Source: an uncultured Pseudomonadales bacterium (GTDB taxonomy: Bacteria; Patescibacteriota; Microgenomatia; UBA1400; CAYXSR01). From it: a stretch of 64,000 nt of DNA. The DNA is taken from NCBI GenBank assembly GCA_964430265.1, contig CAYSEI010000003.1, positions 65,070-129,069 on the forward strand, in the 5' to 3' direction. The position numbers were made by a program, and so were the translations under genes. This document shows, one piece after another, positions 17,612-26,630 of the stretch (the first letter of the stretch is position 1; the number at the start of each line of letters is the position of its first letter). The notes beneath the pieces are model-generated. The model had not been told where the DNA came from and did not search any database. It was given only the letters and a program-made list of their open reading frames with translations.

Positions 17612-19579
17612 TTATTCCTTTTTTGGTGGTTTTGGTGGAGTTATTGATCCGCGAATATTACTCTCATTATTTTCTTTCTTCTCTATTTTTGGTTTAGGAG
17701 ATGTTTGGGGTATTGGAGAAGGTGAAGGGGGCGGGGTTGGTTTTGGAGAGGAAGATGAACTGGAAATTGAAGAACGAGGTTTTTTTTGAATATCATTGGG
17801 ATTGGAAGTTATTATTTTATGTTCTTCTTCTGATGCAACAACATTCATGGCAACGTGGTTTGCACCGGCAAAAAATATTCCGTGACCAACGTCAGCTGAC
17901 AAGAGTAGATTTTTTTCACCCTGTGAAAGATAAAAAGTTTTTGCTAGCAGATCAATTGCTGCAGGACTTTGTTTTAAAAGGATTTGAATTGAAGAGTTGG
18001 TAATAATTGCTTTTCCATGGTCGCTGTGTAAAAAGTCTTCAACGTCTTGTGTAATGGTTGTTAGACCCAGATTGTATTTTCTTGCACGTTTAGCAATACT
18101 GTAAAGAAAGTTTGCAGAGTCCTCATGTTGCATTAAGTACCATGCTTCATCAACGATTAAAATGCGCTTCTTGCGGTCACGTTTAATTTTTGTCCAAATG
18201 TAGTCCAAAATCATAAATATTGCTACCGGTCTTAGCTTATCTTCCAATTCCCGTGTTGAAAAAACAGTGAAAGGATTATTAAGTTTTACAGAGCTTTGCT
18301 GGTCAAAAACTCCGCGTAAAGAACCTTTAACAAATCGTTCCAGTTTAGCAGCCATTGTTTCTGACTCCTTTTTTTCCATCCCAACTAGAACCTTATAAAG
18401 ATCTTCCAATAATGGAGGTTGGTTGGAAAAGGTTGCAGGGTCTTGAGTAATACCTTTTTGCTTGTAGGTTAATACAAGTGCCTGGTCAAGAATGGCTTCT
18501 TCAGTGGGAGAAACTTCTCCCATAATAATTTTAAACAAGGCGTGTAAAGAAAGAATTTTTTGACTTAAAGCGCTTTCATTTTCTGATTCCATTCCGGATA
18601 AATCAAAAGGATTAATTTTTTGGGGAGAGTCAAGGGAGAAGTTAATATATTCGCCTCCCACAGACTCACAAAGGTCGCGGTATTCAGATTCCGGGTCAAT
18701 AACCAAAATTTCTGTTCCAAACATTAAGGAACGCAGAGCTTCAAGCTTAACCATGTAGCTTTTTCCGGCTCCCGACTTTGCCAAAACAAGCGTGTTTGCG
18801 TTTTCCAAAGAAAAGCGGTCAAATATTATTAATGATTCATTGTGTTCATTTATTCCGTATAAAATCCCTTTATTTGCTGTTAGTTGAGAAGAAGTAAAAG
18901 GAAAGGTTGTTGCTAATGAGGTTGTATCCATGTTTCTGGTAATGTTTAATTTGTCCTTGCAAGCTGGCAAAGTGCTTTTAAAAGCTTGTTCCATTTGCAA
19001 TGTGGCTGGTTTGGAAACTATCATTAAAGACCCAAGAGTTGACTGCATTTTTTGAGAGATAGAATTAAGGTCTTTTTTATTTTTTTCTGGTAGGGTTATA
19101 TACAAGCCCAACCTAAAGAACTTTTCTGAACCTTTGGCTAGTTGTTCCTGTAAAGAATGTGCGTCTTCCAATTTAACTTTGGTTTGAATATTGGCAATTC
19201 TGCCTCTTTCAAGATCTGTTTGAATCTCGGCTTCCATTTCTCCTATTTTTCTTTTTAGGTTTTCAAGAATACCTTTGCCCTCAATCGGATAAATAAACAT
19301 CGAGATATCCAAAGAATGGTCAAAGTTGATTAAAGGGGAAAGCCAATTTGCGTTAACAAATCTAGGATATCCAGCCACAAAGAAAGTTCGGAAAAAAGTG
19401 TTGGAAATTTTTAAATCATTAAAATCAACTTCAATAGCAGGGGGAGCAATAACGTCTTTTACTGAAACCATGCCTTCGGATAGTTTGTCAATTGTGGACT
19501 TTTTTTGCTCAGGTTTATTGTCTTTTTTTTCTTTTTTCTTTTTTGACAAAAATGGTAAGTCAAAAGGTAAGTCAACCAT
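17612..19579 (-). CDS. VirB4/TrbE/TraC-family type IV secretion ATPase with Pro/Ser-rich C-terminal tail
   Basis: Walker A LVLAKSGAGKSYMV, Walker B KRILIVDEAWYLM, N-terminal …FFVAGYPRFVNANWLSPL… region typical of VirB4/PrgJ-type ATPases; start trimmed to the Met at 19579; low-complexity SSSSSSPKPTPPPSPSPIP tail. Confidence 0.65.
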   Translation of the reverse strand: MVDLPFDLPFLSKKKKEKKDNKPEQKKSTIDKLSEGMVSVKDVIAPPAIEVDFNDLKISNTFFRTFFVAGYPRFVNANWLSPLINFDHSLDISMFIYPIEGKGILENLKRKIGEMEAEIQTDLERGRIANIQTKVKLEDAHSLQEQLAKGSEKFFRLGLYITLPEKNKKDLNSISQKMQSTLGSLMIVSKPATLQMEQAFKSTLPACKDKLNITRNMDTTSLATTFPFTSSQLTANKGILYGINEHNESLIIFDRFSLENANTLVLAKSGAGKSYMVKLEALRSLMFGTEILVIDPESEYRDLCESVGGEYINFSLDSPQKINPFDLSGMESENESALSQKILSLHALFKIIMGEVSPTEEAILDQALVLTYKQKGITQDPATFSNQPPLLEDLYKVLVGMEKKESETMAAKLERFVKGSLRGVFDQQSSVKLNNPFTVFSTRELEDKLRPVAIFMILDYIWTKIKRDRKKRILIVDEAWYLMQHEDSANFLYSIAKRARKYNLGLTTITQDVEDFLHSDHGKAIITNSSIQILLKQSPAAIDLLAKTFYLSQGEKNLLLSADVGHGIFFAGANHVAMNVVASEEEHKIITSNPNDIQKKPRSSISSSSSSPKPTPPPSPSPIPQTSPKPKIEKKENNESNIRGSITPPKPPKKE

Positions 19580-20276
19580 TTTGTTTTTCCTGTTGTTTTT
19601 TAATTGCTGCTTGAACAAGAGAGCGAGTATAGTTTTCAGAAGATGTAAATTTTTGACCTTCACTTTCCGGATTGTATATTTGGTAAAAAAGACGGATCAG
19701 CTCTTTTGTTTCCAGTTGCCGGCTGTTTAGTCCGATTCGGGTTAATTGTTTTATCATATGATCTCTTTTAGGATATAGATTGTTTTTGGCTTTTTCCAGT
19801 ATATAGTCAATTGGATAAGGAAGTTTTTGAGATTTTTTAAATGAAGAACTGATTGAGCTGGCAACTCCCAACTCAGTGGTTGAAAAAGGAATAATAACAT
19901 AAAAGTTTTTATCCAATATTTCTCTGTTTTTAACAGTTTCTTCAATAAACGAGTAATATTTTTTTAACCATTCTTTAATTTGTCTTGGCTTTTTTTTATT
20001 TATTTCATTGTCTAAAAGTTTAAGATAAGAAGAAATATCTTTTTGCTGAGAACGAATAAAAACTTGAATTGTAAAAGAAAGAGAATTTAAAAGCTCTCCG
20101 TATGCATAAATTGTTGCGTCCTGCTCTTTTTCTGATAAAAGACCAAAGTTAACAGCTGTTGTTTGTAAAATAATACAGCAGGAACCGTCTTTAAAAATAA
20201 CGATGTTGTCTTTTACATCTTCAATATCGAGGTGTTCTTGTGTGCTTGCTCTGATTGGAGTTTGGGCAGGGTTCAT
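19572..20276 (-). CDS. Hypothetical protein resembling the CagE/TrbE/VirB4 N-terminal domain (T4SS-associated)
   Basis: …IVIFKDGSCCIILQTTAVNFGLLSEKEQDATIYAYGELLNSLSFTIQVFIRSQ… resembles the N-terminal domain of VirB4/TraC; directly upstream of the ATPase gene with a 5-nt gap. Confidence 0.4.
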   Translation of the reverse strand: MNPAQTPIRASTQEHLDIEDVKDNIVIFKDGSCCIILQTTAVNFGLLSEKEQDATIYAYGELLNSLSFTIQVFIRSQQKDISSYLKLLDNEINKKKPRQIKEWLKKYYSFIEETVKNREILDKNFYVIIPFSTTELGVASSISSSFKKSQKLPYPIDYILEKAKNNLYPKRDHMIKQLTRIGLNSRQLETKELIRLFYQIYNPESEGQKFTSSENYTRSLVQAAIKKQQEKQNG

Positions 20277-20294
20277 TTTTTTATTTATATAATA

Positions 20295-21431
20295 TTAATA
20301 TAGCTCAATGTGCTCTTTTTTTCCTTCTTCTTTTATTTGTTTTTTCTTTTGAGCTTGTATACGTAATGGATCAATAATTTCTCCTTCTAACTCAAGAGTT
20401 ATTATATCAAATTCAAAGAGTTCATGTTCAGGAATTATTTTATAAGAACCGTTTTTTAATGGAGTGGCTGTATAAAATTGTCCCAGCTTGTTTGTTTTAA
20501 GCGCTCGGACAATATTGCCTTTTGAATCTTGAATTTCAATTAAAGCATTAGGGAGAATTTTGGATTCAGTGTCTAAAACCATGCCGACCAAAAGATTTGA
20601 AATGTCTGGTTTCTGTGGAATAGGCAGTTCCTTTTCAAATTCCGCTTCGGAAAACTTTTGGTCTTTTCTGCGGTTTTCTACTTTAAGAGGAGGTGTTAAA
20701 GGCTCTGCGGGTTTAACTTGTGGTTTCTTTTGAAATTTGGATTCGTGGTTGTTGATTAAAGGTTCTTCCCTGTCCTTTTTTATTTTAAGCGGTTTTTCCT
20801 TTTGTATTTCTACGGGCTTTTTTTGTACAAGAGATGTATAAACTGTTTGGTCTTTTTTCAGGTTTCTTTTGCTACTGAGCTTTCTTACTTTTACTTCAGG
20901 CTTTTGTTGTTTTTCTGTTTCTGGCTGAGTTTGTGGTCTTTTTTGTATTGAAACTTTTTGCGGTTGAATATTTTGTAAAAGATTGTTTATTCTGGCTAAT
21001 TGTTGGTCCTCTTCTCCGGCCCCGGCTTGTGCATCAGGAAGTGTTTTTAAAAAGCTTTGCAGATCTTTTGTTTGTTTTTTGTTTTTATCTTCTTTTATAT
21101 TTATTTTTTTATGATAGGTGAATTCAAAAGCGGGGGGAGTAATTGATTTCTTTTTCCAAATAAATTGTGTAGGATGGGTAATTGATTTGATAAAGTTTTT
21201 AAACCAAACGTCTAAAGGTCTTTCCTCTACCGGAAAAAAAGCCATGGCTATACCTGTAAACGCAGAGAGCACTATTAAAGGAATACGGAAAAATGAATGG
21301 ATGGGAAGAATATAAAAAAAGACGGCCACGGCAATGCCGCCGGCAAGTTCAAAAAACTGTTTTAAAGTCATGTCTCCAACCAAGCGGAACTCGTAAGAAG
21401 CAATATCTTGTGGAATTGGGTGTTGTTTCAT
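20295..21431 (-). CDS. Two-TM membrane protein, TcpE/PrgI(VirB3)-like N-terminus with K/Q-rich linker and C-terminal domain
   Basis: N-terminal …YEFRLVGDMTLKQFFELAGGIAVAVFFYILP… plus a second TM helix, a topology common to VirB3/TcpE proteins that precede VirB4; remainder lysine-rich with no homology recognised. Confidence 0.35.
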   Translation of the reverse strand: MKQHPIPQDIASYEFRLVGDMTLKQFFELAGGIAVAVFFYILPIHSFFRIPLIVLSAFTGIAMAFFPVEERPLDVWFKNFIKSITHPTQFIWKKKSITPPAFEFTYHKKINIKEDKNKKQTKDLQSFLKTLPDAQAGAGEEDQQLARINNLLQNIQPQKVSIQKRPQTQPETEKQQKPEVKVRKLSSKRNLKKDQTVYTSLVQKKPVEIQKEKPLKIKKDREEPLINNHESKFQKKPQVKPAEPLTPPLKVENRRKDQKFSEAEFEKELPIPQKPDISNLLVGMVLDTESKILPNALIEIQDSKGNIVRALKTNKLGQFYTATPLKNGSYKIIPEHELFEFDIITLELEGEIIDPLRIQAQKKKQIKEEGKKEHIELY

Positions 21432-21482
21432 ATATGATTAAGTATACAAGATAAAATTAATTCTTAAAAGGAGTTTTTTTCT

Positions 21483-22133
21483 TTACGGATTAAAAGTGTA
21501 TTCTATTTTGTAAGCAGAGGTATCAATACCAATTTCTTCCAATTTTTGCGGAGCTTCTGTTTTTATTTTTTCAATTTGCTCGTTCCTTGATAAAGGTGAG
21601 GTAATATCAATTTTCATTAAAACCCGGAATTGATCTTTAGAACCAAGATACTGAATCTTGTAGTTGTTTGTCTTTATTGGCATATTTGCAATCCATGGTT
21701 TTTCTTTCAGATTTTTTTGCAGTACTTCTCCTGCTGGATCGTCAAGGGTTGGTTTTGCAGTTTTAAAACTCCATTGATAAACTATATTTTGATTGTAGTA
21801 GACATCTATTTTATACTCAGTGCCTTCTTTAAAGTAATTAATTGGGGCGGCTTTCAAAGTTTGTTGATCCAGCCATTTCTTAAGCAGTTGAATTGATGGG
21901 GTGATTTGTATAGAGACTTTGTCTTGTTGTTCGCTGGTCAATTGTTTATGTAATGTAACCAAAATTGGTGTTTCTAGTTTTTCCAAAGTTGAATTTGCAG
22001 CCGGTTGTACTTCTTTTATTTGTGGTTTTTCTTCTATTAACTGATTGACAATTATTAATCCTAGAACTATAAGGGCAAGACTGGTTAAGAGCACGTATTT
22101 GGCTGGTGTTTTTTTAAATATATTTAATCGCAT
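21483..22133 (-). CDS. Hypothetical bitopic membrane protein (possible VirB8-like scaffold)
   Basis: N-terminal TM anchor (VLLTSLALIVLGLIIV) plus ~180-aa extracytoplasmic domain; assignment to VirB8 is by size, topology and context only. Confidence 0.3.
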   Translation of the reverse strand: MRLNIFKKTPAKYVLLTSLALIVLGLIIVNQLIEEKPQIKEVQPAANSTLEKLETPILVTLHKQLTSEQQDKVSIQITPSIQLLKKWLDQQTLKAAPINYFKEGTEYKIDVYYNQNIVYQWSFKTAKPTLDDPAGEVLQKNLKEKPWIANMPIKTNNYKIQYLGSKDQFRVLMKIDITSPLSRNEQIEKIKTEAPQKLEEIGIDTSAYKIEYTFNP

Positions 22134-25100
22134 AGGTGTACAATTGAATTAATTTCCAGTCCGGAATGAGTATCAAACCGGCCGTTTACAAAAGGATAAT
22201 GCTGTCTGTTTTTAGTACCAATGTTTGCTTCACAAGAAACCACTTCATCAGGATGAACTTCGCAAACCAAGCCAACATGGCAGAATCTGCACAAGCCAGT
22301 TGCACGGCGGACATCAAATAGTATCATGTCGCCTTCAGAAACTTCAGAAATATCGACATTTCCATTATTTTTAATTAGTTTTCCTCTATCTTCCCAATTC
22401 TGACTCCAGGGTCCAGGATTCCTGCCGGTAGCGCAAATATCGTCTGCGTCAGGATGTCCAGCTTCACGGTATGAAATACAAACTAAAGAATTACACCAGA
22501 CGCATTCACCTCGGGTGGTTGAATAGTTGTAGTAGTCGCTCCAGTCTGGGCCGCTTACACTACATTCTGGATGGTTCTTTTCCAGGCTATCTCTGATATT
22601 TTCTGCTATTTCTACAATGTCGTTGCAGTTGCCGTTGATAATAACAGAATCAGATCTGGTAATGCTTTCTCCTTCATATTCTGCAGTTGCTGTGACAGTG
22701 TTTCTGATTTTAGTATTGCTGGTTGTACCTGGTTTAGTTGTTGCTGTATAAGTTATTGTTAAACTGTTTCCTGTTTTGGAAAAGTCAAAATCCTCCCAGA
22801 AAAGAGTGTTTCCGTTTATGTTTGTTGGCTGTGGAGAAATAGAATTGGTATTGATATTTAAACTTTGTTCATCAAACGTGTCTTTAATTACTACATTTTG
22901 CACGTCATCAACTGAAGCGGAAATGTCAATAGTGTAAGTGATTGTTTCCCCGCCGCTGTTTACGGTTTTGGGACTAGATTGTTTGTTTACCTTTAAGTAT
23001 TTCTGTGTGCTTGGACCTGGTCCTCCGACGCCAAAATAGGGAACGTATGTAGAAGCATAAATAGTCATTACCAGCATTGCAAGACTGCTTAAACCAACAC
23101 CTGCTCCTACCATAGGGGTTACAATTTCCGCGCTGGAAACTCCAGTATTAACAACTTGATTAGCTGCTTTTGCTGCTGCATTTTTTGCTCCTTTAAACAT
23201 TCCAGTGATTCCGTTCCATATTTTCCCGCCAAATTTAATAATTGTAGCGGCAGCAGTGACAATAGGTACAATAATTGTCAAAGCAGGTAAAATAAAGTTC
23301 ATAAAAAAGAGAGCTATTGGTAGAAAAGGTAAAAGAATTTTAATTGCTTTTTTAACATCTTCGGGAAGCTTGTCCCAGGAGTGTTTTTTAATGAATCCGA
23401 TTGTATGTTTACCAATAAACTTAATTAGGCGGTAGCCTACTTCAAAAACGAGGGTGCCAATAATCCAGCCTATTGCTTGTCCTACCACAGGAATTGGAAT
23501 TACAGATCCGATTGCAGCTCCAATCGTTCCTCCAAGTCCTTCAACAGCAGCATAGCGTAGTAAAGACTTGAAACCTTCTTTTAAAAGTTTATCGGCTGCC
23601 TTTTCTAAACCTTTTTCCAGAAGCTTTTTAGCAACTTTTTTTCGTGCCCAATGCGAAACTTTATTTTTTACTGTTTTGCCAATTTTACCCGGCATCCATT
23701 TTCTTACTTTTTTGCGTGTTTTATTTAGTTTAGGATGTTTATCTAAAAATTTTGCTACTTTGACTCTTGTTTTGTAGCGCGGAGTTAAAAGCCAGCCGAC
23801 AGGTCTTTTTTTAATTTCTTCAACAACCTTATCTTGAACTTTAAATTTAATTTCGTAATATTTGTCAGTGACATACTGTTTTCCAAATACAAGCGGACGG
23901 AAGGGGTTGAGTTTGTTTGCTTGGTCAACAAAGGTGTAGCGCATATTATTAATGTGGGCGCGGACTTGTAAGGTTTTAAACAGGTTTCTGGTAAATAATT
24001 GACCGGAAAAATCCTGCGGAGTGATGTTTTCAAGTTTTTCCAGTTGGTCTGCAAATTCAAGTATTTTAGTAACTCTAGGATCCAAAGGGTTGAGTTGTTC
24101 AGTCAGTTTTATTCCTGCAAACTGATATCCTCTTTGAAGTGAAGTCGCCAAGTCGCGCAAAGTCTGTGCGTTGTGTCCTTTTAAAAACGCATGCAAAGCA
24201 AGATAATCAACGTCAATTTTTTCTGCCAAAACAAGAATTTGCGCGTCTGTTAATTTTCCCGGCTTTGAAAGAAAACTAACAGCATAGTCCTTTACTAGCT
24301 GTGGATCTGAAGATAAAAGGGCTTGTGAAATTGTTAGACCGGGAAGGCTTTCTCCAGATTCAAGCGCTTGGAAGTGAAATTCAAGAAATTCTTTTGTTTG
24401 AGGTTCAATTTTTTCGGAAAGTTCGCTTGCTGCACGGGAAATAACTTGGTCGTCAACTTTAAGAAGAGAAGAGGGAATATCATAGTCTGCTTTTCTGATA
24501 AAATCCTGACGGGCATTATTAATTATAACTTCTAGATTTTCGCGAGTTGTTTTGTGAATATTGTTTTCAATTTGGGTTTGTAAAAGACTGTCTTGCTGGT
24601 ATTGTTCCCAGAGGTTATGTTCAAGTCTGTTTATCTGAATTCCGGTTCTTTGTGAGATTATTTCTTCATTTTCTGTAGCATAATCTTGTAAGTGGTCAGC
24701 AAATTGAGATTGATAAATCTGTTTTTGTGTTGGTGTTTCTTCTTCAGAAAGGCTGGGTTTAATTTTTTCTGCAATTGTTTTTACTTTTTCCTGATAAACC
24801 CTAACGAATTCCTTTTCAATTCTGTTTCTCTTAGGTGGGGGTGCAACTATGGTTTTAAGATTTTCTTTCTTTGTTGTTTTAGTTTGGTGTTGGTCCCACT
24901 CTTTTTTTTGTTCAAAAACTTGTTCTTGATTAAAGTTCTGGAAATCTTGTCTATTTAAGGTCTGTGTAATTGTTTGTGATAGAAGTTTTTTTCCCTCGCT
25001 ATGCATGAAATATGCTTGGTTTGGATCTTGAATCTGGTTCAGCCTATTTATTGTGTTTTTTTGCGCTTTTTGCAGAGCTGCTTGGTGGGCTTGTTGAGCA

Positions 25101-25813
25101 GATATTCCAGGTTGTTGAATCTGTTTTTCAAATTCTTGGGTATATTCATTAAGAGCTGTTTCAGATATTAGAGTTGTATAGGATTGGCGGATTTTTTTTC
25201 TTGTTTGCAGGGTAATGACATCTTCTTGTTTTTGCAGCACCTCTTTTCCGGTTGTAGGGGTTCCGGTTGGTTTTTTTGCTTCCGCTTGTGCTTTTTTTTG
25301 ATTAAGGTTTTCATATATTTGGTCAAAGTAGGAATCAGTTGCTGTTTGGAGGTCTTTTTTTGTTTGTGCGTATGGATTAGCTGTGACTTTAAACCAATTT
25401 TCAATGTTGTTTTGTTCAGCCGTGTCAATCGTTCTTCTTACTACACTACGAATATCTGCTTGTTGTTGCGGGTTTTCTTTATCCAGTTGTTCCAAATAGT
25501 TTTCAAGTATTTCCTTGGGTGGCAGCTTGCCGGTTTCTTCAACAATTTCTGTTTGGTGAAAGGCAATAAAAGCATAAAGGGATTGCTTTAAAATATTTAA
25601 ATTATTAAGCGGATTTTGGGTTAAAACACTAAATTTATTTGCAGATACGTTTTCTCGAAAAATGTTGTTTAGAAATGTTTGGTACTGAGGGTTTTTAATG
25701 TATTCAAGTATTTGTTGACGGGCATTCGGGTTTCCTGTTTCCTGAAAGTCTGCAATTACAGAAAGGATTTGGTTTGTTTTTTGGACTAACTCTTGCGAAA
25801 CTGTTTCGGCCAT
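22124..25813 (-). CDS. Large multidomain envelope protein: N-terminal soluble region, polytopic membrane core, Ig-like (DUF11-type) domain, C-terminal CHAP peptidoglycan hydrolase domain
   Basis: Multiple TM helices around residues 750-930; …TITYTIDISASVDDVQNVVIKDTF… repeat-domain signature; C-terminal CHAP domain with the Cys (…CVWCNSLVCISYREAG…) and His (…CRFCHVGLVCEVH…) catalytic pair; architecture reminiscent of PrgK/TcpG T4SS cell-wall hydrolases. Confidence 0.6.
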   Translation of the reverse strand: MAETVSQELVQKTNQILSVIADFQETGNPNARQQILEYIKNPQYQTFLNNIFRENVSANKFSVLTQNPLNNLNILKQSLYAFIAFHQTEIVEETGKLPPKEILENYLEQLDKENPQQQADIRSVVRRTIDTAEQNNIENWFKVTANPYAQTKKDLQTATDSYFDQIYENLNQKKAQAEAKKPTGTPTTGKEVLQKQEDVITLQTRKKIRQSYTTLISETALNEYTQEFEKQIQQPGISAQQAHQAALQKAQKNTINRLNQIQDPNQAYFMHSEGKKLLSQTITQTLNRQDFQNFNQEQVFEQKKEWDQHQTKTTKKENLKTIVAPPPKRNRIEKEFVRVYQEKVKTIAEKIKPSLSEEETPTQKQIYQSQFADHLQDYATENEEIISQRTGIQINRLEHNLWEQYQQDSLLQTQIENNIHKTTRENLEVIINNARQDFIRKADYDIPSSLLKVDDQVISRAASELSEKIEPQTKEFLEFHFQALESGESLPGLTISQALLSSDPQLVKDYAVSFLSKPGKLTDAQILVLAEKIDVDYLALHAFLKGHNAQTLRDLATSLQRGYQFAGIKLTEQLNPLDPRVTKILEFADQLEKLENITPQDFSGQLFTRNLFKTLQVRAHINNMRYTFVDQANKLNPFRPLVFGKQYVTDKYYEIKFKVQDKVVEEIKKRPVGWLLTPRYKTRVKVAKFLDKHPKLNKTRKKVRKWMPGKIGKTVKNKVSHWARKKVAKKLLEKGLEKAADKLLKEGFKSLLRYAAVEGLGGTIGAAIGSVIPIPVVGQAIGWIIGTLVFEVGYRLIKFIGKHTIGFIKKHSWDKLPEDVKKAIKILLPFLPIALFFMNFILPALTIIVPIVTAAATIIKFGGKIWNGITGMFKGAKNAAAKAANQVVNTGVSSAEIVTPMVGAGVGLSSLAMLVMTIYASTYVPYFGVGGPGPSTQKYLKVNKQSSPKTVNSGGETITYTIDISASVDDVQNVVIKDTFDEQSLNINTNSISPQPTNINGNTLFWEDFDFSKTGNSLTITYTATTKPGTTSNTKIRNTVTATAEYEGESITRSDSVIINGNCNDIVEIAENIRDSLEKNHPECSVSGPDWSDYYNYSTTRGECVWCNSLVCISYREAGHPDADDICATGRNPGPWSQNWEDRGKLIKNNGNVDISEVSEGDMILFDVRRATGLCRFCHVGLVCEVHPDEVVSCEANIGTKNRQHYPFVNGRFDTHSGLEINSIVHLCD

Positions 25814-25859
25814 TTGTTATATATGATATCAGAAAGAGGATTTTTTCGTAATTGCCAAT

Positions 25860-26612
25860 CTATTGCTTAATTTTTTCTAAAACTCTTCTTCCCAATATTT
25901 TTTGGGAAATAATTGTTAAGATTTTGGCTAACAATAAAAAAACAATGTCAATGCTAATGGTTGCTAACAAAGAATAGTTTAGGCTTTGTAAGATATTTAA
26001 AAAGAAGTCGCGTGTTTGTTGATTTAAGCTTACTTTGATTGTTATGCCCCCGATTTGTAAAGCAACTACCAGGATAATTAATAAAACAATGGGATAAATT
26101 GCTTGCTCCAGGTCTTTTTTTGAAGAAAACATGGTGTTGGAAACAACAAAAAGGGCATAGCTTGACAAGCCAAAAAGTAAATAATACTGCCAGTTGTTAT
26201 TTAAAAATAAAGAAGGATTTTTAATTATTGGTAGAATTTGCAAGTAAAAAAGGACGCTAATGAGTACTAATCCAAGAAAAATTGGAGACACTCCAATAAT
26301 GGTTCTTCTTATTGGATCGGATTTGGCTATTTTAATCCCGCCAATTCTTATTTCATTACTGTTTTCTTTTTTCTGCGGCATAAAATTAAACTCTCCGGTT
26401 CTTACTCCAAGAATTTCAGCAACTAACATGTGGGAGACTTCATGAATTACAGTACCGGGAAGCAGAAGAACTGCCATTAAGGAAATGCTTAGTTGTTTGC
26501 TTTTGGTTAATAAGTAAAAAAACAAATAGAGTTTTTTCTGGTAGTTAGTTGATACAAGATAAAGAACAAAAAGTTGCAGGATGAATAAAAAAAACCAGAT
26601 AAGTAAGCTCAT
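25860..26612 (-). CDS. Polytopic membrane protein with HExxH motif (putative intramembrane metalloprotease)
   Basis: HEVSHMLVAEILG within a TM segment; no LDG motif seen, so an M50 assignment is uncertain. Confidence 0.3.
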   Translation of the reverse strand: MSLLIWFFLFILQLFVLYLVSTNYQKKLYLFFYLLTKSKQLSISLMAVLLLPGTVIHEVSHMLVAEILGVRTGEFNFMPQKKENSNEIRIGGIKIAKSDPIRRTIIGVSPIFLGLVLISVLFYLQILPIIKNPSLFLNNNWQYYLLFGLSSYALFVVSNTMFSSKKDLEQAIYPIVLLIILVVALQIGGITIKVSLNQQTRDFFLNILQSLNYSLLATISIDIVFLLLAKILTIISQKILGRRVLEKIKQ

Positions 26613-26630
26613 AAATCTAATTATACAAAA

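Noticed and set aside
25860-26612. Assignment of the HExxH membrane protein to site-2 protease family M50
   Set aside because: The HEVSH motif is present in a TM segment, but the second M50 signature (LDG in a later TM helix) was not found. It is kept only as a generic putative metalloprotease at low confidence.
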